Part shown: positions 29,801 through 39,302 of the stretch, one piece after another
How the letters are laid out: each line of letters starts with the position of its first letter
How positions within the stretch are numbered: the stretch's first letter is position 1
IMG/VR virus record: IMGVR_UViG_3300035698_035364
Coordinates: 1 to 64,000 of that record
DNA length: 64,000 nt
Direction: 5' to 3' (one strand)
DNA from: a virus
Made by a program: the position numbers and the translations under genes
The notes under the pieces: model-generated
What the model was told of the DNA's origin: nothing
The model's input: only the letters and a program-made list of their open reading frames with translations
Database searches by the model: none

Positions 29801-30839
29801 CCCTTTGTTGAGTTTAGAATATAGAGCAGCCGCCAGAATATTATATACGCATAGTGATGGAGAAGAGTCAGGTTCCGGAAGAAGTTATGCTTATGATGTT
29901 AGTGATATAGATTTATTGACTGTAGACTTTGCTACTAAAAGTAGTACTGGGAAAATTACGATAGAGGATGCGGGAGGGGCATCTCTATATGATACGGGTT
30001 TTATCACTACTGGGACGGAAGAGGCAGTTTGTACTATTCTAGGAGGAGTTCATAACTGTATGTCATTTGATTTGGATGTGAGCCAATATGATAATATAAC
30101 TTTCACAGTGACAATGGCTAATTTTACTTCATCTTGGTATTTTGGGATAGAATTTAAAAAAGTGTATGCTACGACCAATTTTTTACAAATTCCTATTACT
30201 TTAGAAGGCATTAATCAATCTTTGGATGTGTCAAGGGGCATATGTAACGATGTGCATGTAGCGTGGCAATCTAATCAAAATAAATATTGGAACATTTATA
30301 ACACTAGTTCAGAAGATAAGTTGAGACCGTTTAGGTTTGATACTAGGATTACTAATACTGATAGTAATAGTATTGTGCCTGCTATTTCGGTTTGTAGGAA
30401 TGGAGCTAGGATGATCGTATGGCATGACAATAAAAATGGGGATTTTGATATATATGCGGCCAGATCCTTAGAAGGTTATACGTGTAACGAATCTAAATGT
30501 GCGACTAGGGAGTTGGCGAAGTATAATGAGCAAGTAACAGAAAGTACGTTATTGTTTAACCATACTGCTGCTACTGCGGGTACCCACGATTTTGCTATTT
30601 GGTTTTATACTGACAATGGTTTGTCAGATTGGTATAAAACTATTGCAATGTCAGATGGTGTCGAAGGATGGACTGTTAATGGGGTGGCTTTAGCAGATAT
30701 CGTGGTATACGATGGGACAGATATAGTAGGCATATTGCTAAGTTCGGGAGAAGAAGTAATAGTGGAATATACTCCAGATAAAAATGATGGTATTTTCGAT
30801 AGAGTTTTATATGTTACGTTAGTGGCAACGGTTAGTTAG
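26823..30839 (+). CDS. Large virion appendage protein (Ig-like modules, H-V-x-W-x-S propeller blades, C-terminal YHFR-type module)
   Basis: LHVLWESDRSNSNQIYY, VHVAWQSNQNKYWNIY, MIVWHDNKNGDFDIY; overlaps the GT4 stop by 8 nt. Confidence 0.55.
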   Translation: MAKLILNPQFGTIKDAKSLKFEVDGLSQGKYSVRIENATHSVDGDVDGFEGVGGVVNLNIPEEASHSAISVFAHIQQRQDDGIYKTIEICPTIFNVKEKVGKKFPGDFNINPVFASPKDVCSIKIQSSSNSKSIFSINDKRFPVFTDDNGNGSIHFKGNDILDKDIGSVQKFPVYFYTSDDNYVRKNFSGSSLSILPEEIAIHQEVDPRCLEADYSPGSWTIPNECLEQPEVTIVVPIAPYIDPLGIPTSCKEGNITMDEVCRVYSSSATMLPNGVVIHAYTNSDVDDANDTDAEGYNKNKVFISKNESTLDVQAITRRDVSIAPKERTENFEIYVDQDVYEALEGVADISANDIFVILYNSTIGYQPIEIIGREMDDYLGDYKLIGDVGDTNVKIDTWLFCVNAVFYHANEAPNIAFTATDTDTISLPHIFNPSDSTEILQVLNVSVTANSNYVRRYEPVYIYVVAEVYLGGTNQLFMYNFKLDKNTYFDSSDTSKAYGWVQLTSVGNNKNPKINIDYDDTLHVLWESDRSNSNQIYYGVLGSNYLSLGNTTFSSMLDKNSESLEQENRSFTGISASLLSRVIGSEYAPIPEYDTESLIPGWMLLQNGGGTILETVGSKYLDDLSLTVTPVSQGAIAFAQLQIVANEDNQPESMPVPYQQFNYQIAFNMDVTITQSSDLMIAWDGTVLDSKEIDNLYKEWEMEYIREVNAELSNTPVYVKDFNRFIIGRDDSIYDKIIPFVGAYNGNNPSMGDFQINILKNDNNLKDFTFGLMLEKTYFKATNIQSALEFAAINPGTGKTYVAEEVHTLYTGRAKLVALVKTEDVSDDRSNYKVIKEFPEAFNITIPSSYKFVVTYTSIDSGEVRNLLGKEEGDYPGRFLGMVTLLIGGIEKFSTSFISNLTNDYNYFDIGLGVPSGGYYTADNMIPSAVSLYDDVSVNIQYSDVTITSPEYTYNSDILMLPDITKDMTKLRVASESDISDPSWMFPTSEIDPLLSLEYRAAARILYTHSDGEESGSGRSYAYDVSDIDLLTVDFATKSSTGKITIEDAGGASLYDTGFITTGTEEAVCTILGGVHNCMSFDLDVSQYDNITFTVTMANFTSSWYFGIEFKKVYATTNFLQIPITLEGINQSLDVSRGICNDVHVAWQSNQNKYWNIYNTSSEDKLRPFRFDTRITNTDSNSIVPAISVCRNGARMIVWHDNKNGDFDIYAARSLEGYTCNESKCATRELAKYNEQVTESTLLFNHTAATAGTHDFAIWFYTDNGLSDWYKTIAMSDGVEGWTVNGVALADIVVYDGTDIVGILLSSGEEVIVEYTPDKNDGIFDRVLYVTLVATVS

Positions 30840-30847
30840 GATCAGGT

Positions 30848-33616
30848 ATGGCGTTTAATGCAAGAATAACACATAGAGTTCAGGAGGGGAGGGGATATAT
30901 CCAATATAGGTCTGGTAGTTTGGGTCACCACGTTGGGCCTGATGAGACCAGACAATCTATGACTATCAGTTTCAGTCCTAGCTATGATAACCGTTTCTAT
31001 GATGCAACTCCTGCTACAGGATGGGTAGTCTCTGGATGGCAGGAAGTGCCTGAGGCTGGTTCTGATAGTATAGGGTTTGATTCTGGAGGAGACATTAGTA
31101 GTAGGAGATGGACTTGGCAGCCTCAGAATGCAACTAGTAATATTAATACTACTCTTTATGTGTCGTTTTCTCACCCTGATGTTAATCTGACTTTAAGTGT
31201 AACTGGGTCAGTGGGAGGTTCTATTAGAACAGTTACTCCTATTCCAGGTGCGATTATTACTACTTCTGGCACAACATCTATAGTGCTGGATGATGTGGGG
31301 AATGCTAGAGTAAGAGCAGTTCCAGATCCTAAATATGCTGTTGCTGGGTGGACTCTAGATGGAGTGGATCAGGGAAGTACAGATGAATATTTAGAGTTTA
31401 ATCTTACTGAAGGATCTAATACTATAAGTAGGTCTGTAGCAGTGCAGTTTGTTGAATTGCCTTGTATCCTAAATGACTTAGTAGTGGATATTAAAGGAAA
31501 AGGTTCAGTTTCTCCTCCGTCTGGGGGGTATTGCGACTATTCTACTTTAGCGTTAAGCCCAGTTCCGGCCAGTGGGTACTTTTTCAAGCAATGGGAATAC
31601 GATGATGGTGATCTTACAGAAAATGATTTATTATTATTAGTCCCAATGGGGGTGAATAGGTCAGTGACGGCCGTTTTTGAGCCTGTTCCTACCGTGGCAG
31701 GGGAAGTTATCCCAACAGCGTTTTTATTTTATTCTCCTTCAGAAGATTATAAGGTTAATGTGGTTTCGATAAGTACGGAAGGCCTTCTACCGGAAGGTAC
31801 TTTTCATTTTAGGGTGAATGTATATTCGGACGTTGCTAAACAAAATTTAATCTATTCATCTTTTTCTCTTACAGGAATTAAGCGATGGTATTATGATGAC
31901 GGAGAAATTTTAGCGATGCCTGATGGTGGGCTTTATTTGAGTGATGGTCAGGGAGTTAATATTCTGTATGATCCTGAAGTGTTGCCTTTTAATATGATAG
32001 AGACGCAGAAGGAACATGTGATTAACAGCACTGAGACACAACTTACTTGTGGCTCCTCTTATTACGTGGATGTAGAGGCATATAAACCTGGCAATAATAA
32101 GACTTTTTCTATGGGGACAGTTTTGTTATTTATTAGTTGTGAAGATGTAGGAAACTGGGAGAGATCTTATAATGGGGATAAAAATAATTGGATTTGCAGC
32201 GGTCAGGGTCAGTCTGATTTAAAAGTGGCTGATGGCAATAATCAGTCACTATTTGCAGATATAGATTCTAATATTTTTGGGTTATTCCAGTTAGTGTGGC
32301 AAAGTAACAAAGGAACAGGGAATGCTATTTATGGGGCTGCTTGGGACTCTGTCCAGGATCTGTTATATTCTTCTGGTCAAGGGCTATATGATGAGCAGCA
32401 AATAAATATGGGTTATAGACCTATTGTTTTAGCGGATCCGGCTAGTAATTTTTATATTTCCTCTCATACTAGAGACAATATTAAATATAAGGCATGCCCT
32501 TTACCTGTAGGTAGTTCTGATCCTCCTGTTGAGACTGAGGACAGTATTTTTGAGAAGTTCTGTTATCCTGGTCAAACTACCCTTTTGTCATCTGCTTATG
32601 GAGATATCAATGTTAGAGTTTATAACGAAGATATTGATTCTTCTTTGATAGTTAATAAGGATAAGGTAGTCCCAGTTTTAACTAAACAAGAGATAAGGTT
32701 AGATATTAATGGTATAGATGGAGCATATGCTGTTAGGTTGAGAAATAGTGAGGATGCGGTATGGGGAGATTGGATAAATATAGATAATGACTTATATTAT
32801 GAGGCAGGAGAAATCCCTACTACTCAAGATGTTTTATTTGATGCTTATCGGATAGACAATTCTAGATTCATTGCTCCATGGAGGATGGAAAGGATAAACG
32901 GTTTAAGAAGAATATGTTGTCAGATATTAACTCTATATGGTATTAGTAGGATATTCTGTCTAGATGTATTTTTGAATATGGACATAACTCAGTATACTTT
33001 TAAATTTTATGAAGATGATGCTTATGCCACTCCTATGCCTATATATAATGGTTCTTATATCCTGACTGAGAAAAAAGATGATGATGGGAACGTTGTTGGC
33101 GATGATGGGGATATGGTTACCGATGATGGCACTACAATTTATTTTAAGGTTGTGTTCAGCGAGGATCAAGTCTATGGGAATGTAGGCAGTGCTACGGCTT
33201 TGTTCTTTAATGTAATTCAGCAAGGAATAGATGATATATACAATTTGCCGTTGAGTAAGATCGATTCTCAAACTTATGGAGGGCAGTTCAAAGTTCATAA
33301 GCATGATGGTATTTTTAATAAAGATGGTAAAGGTTTTATACAAGTGGTATTCCCTGACTCAGCAGAGTCTACAGCGTGTTTATCGGATGTTATTGTGGGT
33401 GATTTGAGTAAGATATCTAATGCTGATAGTTTTAATCTTGTGCTTAATGCAGATGATGCTGGTCGTTACAAAGATCTTAATCCAGAGGAAGTTTATGAAG
33501 AATTTAGAACAAGTAAGATAGTTAAGACTTTAAGTGTTGGTTCGTTTAAACAGTATTATGACCAAGATGATGAGAATTTCCAATTCGGGAATCCACAGGT
33601 TTTTAGGGATAACTAA
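30848..33616 (+). CDS. Virion appendage protein with divergent InlB B-repeat-like domains and a YHFR-type module
   Basis: AVPDPKYAVAGW and PVPASGYFFKQW...NRSVTAVF repeats; GTFHFRVNVYSD. Confidence 0.6.
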   Translation: MAFNARITHRVQEGRGYIQYRSGSLGHHVGPDETRQSMTISFSPSYDNRFYDATPATGWVVSGWQEVPEAGSDSIGFDSGGDISSRRWTWQPQNATSNINTTLYVSFSHPDVNLTLSVTGSVGGSIRTVTPIPGAIITTSGTTSIVLDDVGNARVRAVPDPKYAVAGWTLDGVDQGSTDEYLEFNLTEGSNTISRSVAVQFVELPCILNDLVVDIKGKGSVSPPSGGYCDYSTLALSPVPASGYFFKQWEYDDGDLTENDLLLLVPMGVNRSVTAVFEPVPTVAGEVIPTAFLFYSPSEDYKVNVVSISTEGLLPEGTFHFRVNVYSDVAKQNLIYSSFSLTGIKRWYYDDGEILAMPDGGLYLSDGQGVNILYDPEVLPFNMIETQKEHVINSTETQLTCGSSYYVDVEAYKPGNNKTFSMGTVLLFISCEDVGNWERSYNGDKNNWICSGQGQSDLKVADGNNQSLFADIDSNIFGLFQLVWQSNKGTGNAIYGAAWDSVQDLLYSSGQGLYDEQQINMGYRPIVLADPASNFYISSHTRDNIKYKACPLPVGSSDPPVETEDSIFEKFCYPGQTTLLSSAYGDINVRVYNEDIDSSLIVNKDKVVPVLTKQEIRLDINGIDGAYAVRLRNSEDAVWGDWINIDNDLYYEAGEIPTTQDVLFDAYRIDNSRFIAPWRMERINGLRRICCQILTLYGISRIFCLDVFLNMDITQYTFKFYEDDAYATPMPIYNGSYILTEKKDDDGNVVGDDGDMVTDDGTTIYFKVVFSEDQVYGNVGSATALFFNVIQQGIDDIYNLPLSKIDSQTYGGQFKVHKHDGIFNKDGKGFIQVVFPDSAESTACLSDVIVGDLSKISNADSFNLVLNADDAGRYKDLNPEEVYEEFRTSKIVKTLSVGSFKQYYDQDDENFQFGNPQVFRDN

Positions 33617-35184
33617 TGGCTAATATTTTTGATATTTTATCTGATGCTCCTACTTTGGAATACCCAAATGGAGGAGAAGTTTTTGCAGATGGGATAATCA
33701 CTATTCAATGGAGAGAACCTTCTGTAATTCGTGGCAATCACTTAGTATGGTACGAGATTTTTATAGCTGAATCTTATGATAATAGCAAAAAACTTGAATG
33801 GGTGCAGGTTGCTAATATCCCGTCTGGAAACAGTTCTTTTGTTTATAACATACATAAGAATATAAAAGGGAATAAATGTAGAGTAGGTATTCAGGCCGTT
33901 CTTCATACAGGTCAAAGAAGTGAGTTGTCGGTTTCAGCGGATAATTTTAGTATTATCAATAAAAAGTTACCTAATCCTGCGTTGTTAGAACCGTCTCCAT
34001 CGGAAACATACTTCTCTTATATCCCGTTTGTTTTTGATCATGGAGCTATCCTGGGAAGATGTTCTCAGAGATCTTTTTATCAGATTTATTATAGCTCTGT
34101 GAGTCAGAATATAGATTGGACGTTAGTAAGAGGAGATATAATGGTTGGTTCAGATCCAATCAATATAGATGTGAGTAATTTTGCCACTGCTACCGATTAT
34201 CTATTAAAAGTTGAATTAGTAGATGGCGATAACGTCTCTGAGCCGGTGTTTATTAATGATATTACTATTAATAATATTAACTATTTTTTGATAGATACTC
34301 TGCCTCCTAAAGGGCTAATCACGGTTCAGAATAATACAGAATATACAAAGGAGAGAGATTTAATAGTTAATCTGGAGGCATTTGATGCCACTACTGCTGT
34401 GCAAAATTACAGGATAGAACAAATGAATATTCGGCCTGCGGGGAATACGGTCGAGACAGGTTCTTATTCTGGGATGACTAATTTGGCTACATGGTATATT
34501 GTAGGGGAAACCGTTGGAGAAGAAGAATATGTAGATGGAGTCAAACTTATACAGGCAAAGTATAGAGACTATGCTGGTAATGTGGTGGCAGAGGGGGATG
34601 GAGAATATTTTAGGACATATAAGAGTAGGGATAACGAAGAGGTTACGGCATTTTTATATAACAATGGTGATTTGTGGATCGCTTTTGGAAGCCAAAATTT
34701 AAGTGTTGACAATCCACAGATATATAAGAACCAAACTCTCATTTCTACTTTAGATGGTGATGCCACTAGTTTAGTGATGTTTAATAACGTTTTATATATA
34801 GCTATTAAAGATGATGAGAATAAAGGTATATTACAAAGGTATTCGGGAGGGGTAGTTGAATCGGTTCGTGATAATGAAGAACAATACACTGATACAGAGG
34901 AGACAACGTTGAATGTGTTGTATAAAACTGATTCAGTTATTAATACGATGGAGGTTTTTGATAGTAAGTTATTTTTGGGTCTTCAGAATGGAGATCTATT
35001 GAGCTTTACTGGATCTGTCGTATCTACTGAAAATAGTTCTTATGAGGATAGGAGGAGTATCAATTATATTAGGACTGATGGGAACATGTTGTATATATTT
35101 TTTGAGAATACTACAGAAATAATGGTAATGACCAAAGATGCTAGTAGTAATTATACTTTTTCTACAATCGATACAGGAAGTTAA
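33616..35184 (+). CDS. Ig/FN3-like appendage protein with four C-terminal propeller-like blades
   Basis: PTLEYPNGGE Ig start; DTLPPKG..I..NNTEYT module; blades VTAFLYNNGDLWIA, ATSLVMFNNVLYIA, INTMEVFDSKLFLG, INYIRTDGNMLYIF. Confidence 0.6.
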   Translation: MANIFDILSDAPTLEYPNGGEVFADGIITIQWREPSVIRGNHLVWYEIFIAESYDNSKKLEWVQVANIPSGNSSFVYNIHKNIKGNKCRVGIQAVLHTGQRSELSVSADNFSIINKKLPNPALLEPSPSETYFSYIPFVFDHGAILGRCSQRSFYQIYYSSVSQNIDWTLVRGDIMVGSDPINIDVSNFATATDYLLKVELVDGDNVSEPVFINDITINNINYFLIDTLPPKGLITVQNNTEYTKERDLIVNLEAFDATTAVQNYRIEQMNIRPAGNTVETGSYSGMTNLATWYIVGETVGEEEYVDGVKLIQAKYRDYAGNVVAEGDGEYFRTYKSRDNEEVTAFLYNNGDLWIAFGSQNLSVDNPQIYKNQTLISTLDGDATSLVMFNNVLYIAIKDDENKGILQRYSGGVVESVRDNEEQYTDTEETTLNVLYKTDSVINTMEVFDSKLFLGLQNGDLLSFTGSVVSTENSSYEDRRSINYIRTDGNMLYIFFENTTEIMVMTKDASSNYTFSTIDTGS

Positions 35185-35185
35185 G

Positions 35186-36196
35186 ATGGCCGATATTAAA
35201 TTATATTTAACTAGTTTAGAGCCGAACATGAGCCAAACTATATATTCTCAATCTATAGGAGGACATCCTAGTAATTCTTTAGTTTATCCCGAAACCACTT
35301 TGGCAGCTACTATTGGTTTATACGATACCTCTTTAACTTTACATACTCCTGCTTCTGGTAATTGGACAGAGTGGATAGGAAAAGAATATATTAATATTGG
35401 AAATGAAATGATTAAAGTCTCTCCTATCGTTAATGGTTCTGTGACAGTGGTTGAGAGGGGTTATAATGGCATAGTTAATATGCATAAAGCAAGGGATATA
35501 GTGAGAGTATCTTCTGCTAAAGAATTATTCAATGATGTTACTGATAGTTATAAACAATATAGATGTATAACAGCCAAAAATGATTCTTCTTTGAATGATC
35601 CTTCGGCGGAAGCATCGGCTCATAATGTATCAGTTTATCTAAAACAAGATAGTAGGAATAGCGATTCTTCTATTAAAATAGCTTTAGAAAGGCCTTCGAG
35701 CCAGTATCTTTTACGTACTTCGACAAGTTGGACTTCTTCGAGTTTAGTGGATACTTCTTTAATTGGGGTATATGGAGATGACTATTTTAAGGATGCTTAT
35801 TTAAGAATTCTTAGTGGAGCCGGGACGGGGCAGGGAAGATTAGTAAGTGATTATATTTCTGCAACAGGATCTTTTGTGTTAAGTAGTGCGTTTTCTTCGT
35901 CATACGATTATACCACTAATGTAGATTATGAAGTGTTACCTTCTCCTGCTCAACGGGTGTTAACGGGGACAGTATCCCCTGCTATTACATCTAATATGAC
36001 AGATTTTTATTCTGCGACTGAAGCAAATCCTTTGTATTTGAGTTTATCAGGGGGAGCTAATGTTAGTATGACCGAGGATGATATATATAAGCAAGATTTG
36101 TTTTATATATGGATAGAAAGAACTTTGCAGAAGGGATCCGCATCGTTTGATGATAACGATGTTGTAATTAATATCAACTATAATACGAGTGTGTAA
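35186..36196 (+). CDS. Hypothetical tail/baseplate structural protein
   Basis: Start moved to ATG 35186, 1 nt after the upstream stop; TLAATI..TSLTL..YINIGNEMI..VERGYNG resembles phage baseplate modules. Confidence 0.55.
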   Translation: MADIKLYLTSLEPNMSQTIYSQSIGGHPSNSLVYPETTLAATIGLYDTSLTLHTPASGNWTEWIGKEYINIGNEMIKVSPIVNGSVTVVERGYNGIVNMHKARDIVRVSSAKELFNDVTDSYKQYRCITAKNDSSLNDPSAEASAHNVSVYLKQDSRNSDSSIKIALERPSSQYLLRTSTSWTSSSLVDTSLIGVYGDDYFKDAYLRILSGAGTGQGRLVSDYISATGSFVLSSAFSSSYDYTTNVDYEVLPSPAQRVLTGTVSPAITSNMTDFYSATEANPLYLSLSGGANVSMTEDDIYKQDLFYIWIERTLQKGSASFDDNDVVININYNTSV

Positions 36197-36198
36197 TT

Positions 36199-37182
36199 AT
36201 GTATTTAAATGCTTTTAAATTATTGCTAAAATTTGAAACTACTTCTCTATATGAGGAAGTTAGCCAAAGTTATATGGAAGTAGTGGGGACAGATGTGGAC
36301 GCTCAGGTGCTATCTGGGGGGATTGGTTATGTTATGCAGAATGATCAATATCTTTACGGGGATGGTAATCTAGGAACAGGATTTTCACTATCCGTTAGCA
36401 ATGCTTTTACGTTAGGTTTTTGGCTTTATCCAGTGAATCCTGGGCTGGCTACCAATGAAGTAAGTGGTGACGCGGAAGCAATTCAGATGCCGGTTTTAGA
36501 TCTAATTGATGGAGTGGATTCTGTTATTAGGATAACTGAATCGACTACAGAAAGTGAAACTAATTTTCTAACAGTATCAATAGATGATAACACCTATATA
36601 GCATCTTCTGAGACTTATGCTCCTAGTTTGTGGCATCATTTTTGGATTAGTTATGATGGAAGTAATCTCTATATATATGTGGATGGCAAGTTACAGACAT
36701 TACAAAGTATAAGTGGCTCTTTGCCTGCGTCAGTTAGTGGTTCTTTGATGGATCTATATATTAATCATAATTTAGATGGTTATGCTTATAATTTTGCAAA
36801 AAACTATGGGTATATAGATGATATATTTATCTTTAATCAAGCTATGACTGCTGACAGAGATATTCAGAGAGTTATCAATTATGGGATAGATTATGTGGCG
36901 GATAATACGTACACGGATGTTAATATCGATGGATATAATATATATTTCAATGATCCATCTACTATTACAGTCAGTTCTACTATAGATGATATGGGGTATA
37001 CTTATCTAGGAAGAAATGATGGGAAAATATTACGAGGTTCCCCGTTATTATGGGAAAGTAGAAAAACATATTCTGAGAGCAAAGAGGCTGATTTGTTGAC
37101 GGATATAACTACTAATCCTGATAATGATAATAATATATCGGGGGGATTCCTAAAGATTAAAAGCACTGTTATAAGGTTATAG
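36199..37182 (+). CDS. LamG/concanavalin A-like lectin-fold protein
   Basis: FTLGFWLYP...WHHFWISYDGSNLYIYVDG...GYIDDIFIFNQAMT. Confidence 0.8.
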   Translation: MYLNAFKLLLKFETTSLYEEVSQSYMEVVGTDVDAQVLSGGIGYVMQNDQYLYGDGNLGTGFSLSVSNAFTLGFWLYPVNPGLATNEVSGDAEAIQMPVLDLIDGVDSVIRITESTTESETNFLTVSIDDNTYIASSETYAPSLWHHFWISYDGSNLYIYVDGKLQTLQSISGSLPASVSGSLMDLYINHNLDGYAYNFAKNYGYIDDIFIFNQAMTADRDIQRVINYGIDYVADNTYTDVNIDGYNIYFNDPSTITVSSTIDDMGYTYLGRNDGKILRGSPLLWESRKTYSESKEADLLTDITTNPDNDNNISGGFLKIKSTVIRL

Positions 37183-37184
37183 GT

Positions 37185-39284
37185 ATGGCGTTAGAACTTT
37201 CTTTACAATTAAATAATCAAACTATTGAAGATTATGGTACTCCTATTAGACTATCAAATCCCTATCCTGTTTTGAACTGGGATTTTAATCTTGTAGGAAG
37301 AGTTTCTATTGATGAGTATACTGGCATTGTGACTCAGCAGGGAGAATATGGTCAGCTAGGCTATCAAATAAGAATTTCTACTTCTAGCATAAACATTGGC
37401 ACAGAACAGTTCGTGGGGAATAGGATACAAACAGGATTTGTTAATAGTCAGAATCGTTTTTGGTCTTATGCTGGAGTCCCTTTAGAAAGAGGAGTGATTT
37501 ATTATGGTCAGATTCAGGTAGCAGATGAAGTTGGCAGACAGAGTGAATGGACTACATTCTCTTTTCAGTATAACCTGTTACCTTATGTTGTCAGCGTTCT
37601 GGTTTCTCCTGCTCAGCCGTCTGTTAGCACGGATTTGCAGTTGGGTTATAATTTTTATGACGATGACGGAGATGTTGAATCGGGCACAATTATTAGGTGG
37701 TTTAAGAATGGTGCTTATCAGAAGCAATTTGATAATTCTGTTTTGATTCAATCTGATTTTTTGCAGAATGATGATATATGGATGGCCGATGTTTACCCTT
37801 CTGATGGGTTGGAGTATGGAGTTAGGGTTTCCTCTCAGCAAGTGCAGGTAACTAGAACAGCGGTGACGGTATCAGGTGTGGCAGTTTTACCTGCTGATCC
37901 TAATGAGAATGATATTTTAAAAGCCGACTATTTGACTAGTGACGAATTAGAACAAGAGAATGTTTTAATTAGGTGGTTCCTGAATGATGGTTTATTATCT
38001 AATTTTAATAACGAGCAGTTTATTAGACCATCTATGTCTGCTGGAGATGTAGTTAGATTTGAAGTTAAACCTAACAGCGGGAGTGCTTACGTCTCGTCAG
38101 CAGAAGTAACGATAGCGTATAGTAATTTTGTAGTAACTGATATTACGGTAGATGGAAGAAAAGAGCCTTTGGATGTCTCATCTGTTACTCCATCGGTGAG
38201 GTGGAGATCGTTTATCCCATCTGGCAAAGAGATTAATTATGTGTCGATTAGGATAGGTACTTTCTATGGAGCATCTAATGTCTATTCAGCAGTATTCGAT
38301 TTTAATAGGGAAACTTTTACGATCCCATCGAATTTATTAAGCAGAGGAAGAGATTATTATTTGTCAGTTGCGGCGAGTGACACTCAGACGTTTAGCAATT
38401 ATGCTTCGACTCATTTTAGAGTTCGAGGTTCTAGATGGGAAGAGTTTTCTAGTAACTCTACTGGATGGACGATAGAGGCATCTTTTATTGTAAAGGGAGA
38501 GGGGACTACGTATAAAGATTATCATGTTCTAAGAATTAACGATGGAAGTAAATTTGCGGAAATACGAATTTATAACGGGAAAATATCTTTAATCTCTGGC
38601 AGCCAAGTAGATTATGCTGTGGCAACACAAGATCTGTTTCATGTGCTAACTGTGGTGGGCCAAAGTGATGATATCAAAGTTTATTTAAATAGAGAACTTA
38701 TAATAGATGGAACAGGAGCCTTTACTCAAATTGCCACTACTCAGAGGCTAGAATTGGGTTCTCCGAATGATGCGGGATTTGAGGTTAACTATAAATATTT
38801 GTTCTATACTGTCTCAGGATATTATTTACCGGGAGTTTCTGGCGAATATAGTAATTTGCAATTCCACTCTTTGTTGCAATTTGCTGACAGCGAGATAGTT
38901 GCTTTAAATGACTATATAAATGGAAAGAAGGTTTTTGGAGTAAATCCTGACAATACTAATGATGGTAGTTCTATTTATGCTTTAGTGGCTGGTGGGTCGT
39001 ATAAAAATAGCACTGTTAGTAGAACTTTCGCTCCTATCAATAGGATTAATAAGTCTCCTGATGATAAATTAGTAGTTTGCTCTCACACTAAGGGAGCTAC
39101 TGTTATAACTGGCTATTTGATTGGTTCTTTTGATGAAGAGTTGGTTTTTGTTAGCGATGCTGGGGTAGTTGATGATACTTTGCCAGATGGCAACGGATGG
39201 AAACTAGTTCAGGATATAGGGTTTGATGCGGGATATTATGATAGTGACGGTTTCAATATAAATACTGTAAATGACAATTTATAA
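37185..39284 (+). CDS. Multi-Ig/FN3 appendage protein with A9-like Ig repeats and a lectin-like domain
   Basis: FN3-like YQIRISTS...LERGVIYYGQIQVAD..G..SEW; YNFYDDDGDVESGTIIRWFKNG; SNSTGWTIE...INDG. Confidence 0.6.
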   Translation: MALELSLQLNNQTIEDYGTPIRLSNPYPVLNWDFNLVGRVSIDEYTGIVTQQGEYGQLGYQIRISTSSINIGTEQFVGNRIQTGFVNSQNRFWSYAGVPLERGVIYYGQIQVADEVGRQSEWTTFSFQYNLLPYVVSVLVSPAQPSVSTDLQLGYNFYDDDGDVESGTIIRWFKNGAYQKQFDNSVLIQSDFLQNDDIWMADVYPSDGLEYGVRVSSQQVQVTRTAVTVSGVAVLPADPNENDILKADYLTSDELEQENVLIRWFLNDGLLSNFNNEQFIRPSMSAGDVVRFEVKPNSGSAYVSSAEVTIAYSNFVVTDITVDGRKEPLDVSSVTPSVRWRSFIPSGKEINYVSIRIGTFYGASNVYSAVFDFNRETFTIPSNLLSRGRDYYLSVAASDTQTFSNYASTHFRVRGSRWEEFSSNSTGWTIEASFIVKGEGTTYKDYHVLRINDGSKFAEIRIYNGKISLISGSQVDYAVATQDLFHVLTVVGQSDDIKVYLNRELIIDGTGAFTQIATTQRLELGSPNDAGFEVNYKYLFYTVSGYYLPGVSGEYSNLQFHSLLQFADSEIVALNDYINGKKVFGVNPDNTNDGSSIYALVAGGSYKNSTVSRTFAPINRINKSPDDKLVVCSHTKGATVITGYLIGSFDEELVFVSDAGVVDDTLPDGNGWKLVQDIGFDAGYYDSDGFNINTVNDNL

Positions 39285-39302
39285 TTTTGGTAAATAAGAA
39301 AA

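Noticed and set aside
29567-31532. 17-nt exact repeat TCCGTCTGGGGGGTATT at 29567 and 31516
   Set aside because: Encodes PSGGY in both genes with no flanking similarity and no recombinase or reverse transcriptase nearby; one such match is compatible with chance or protein-level convergence
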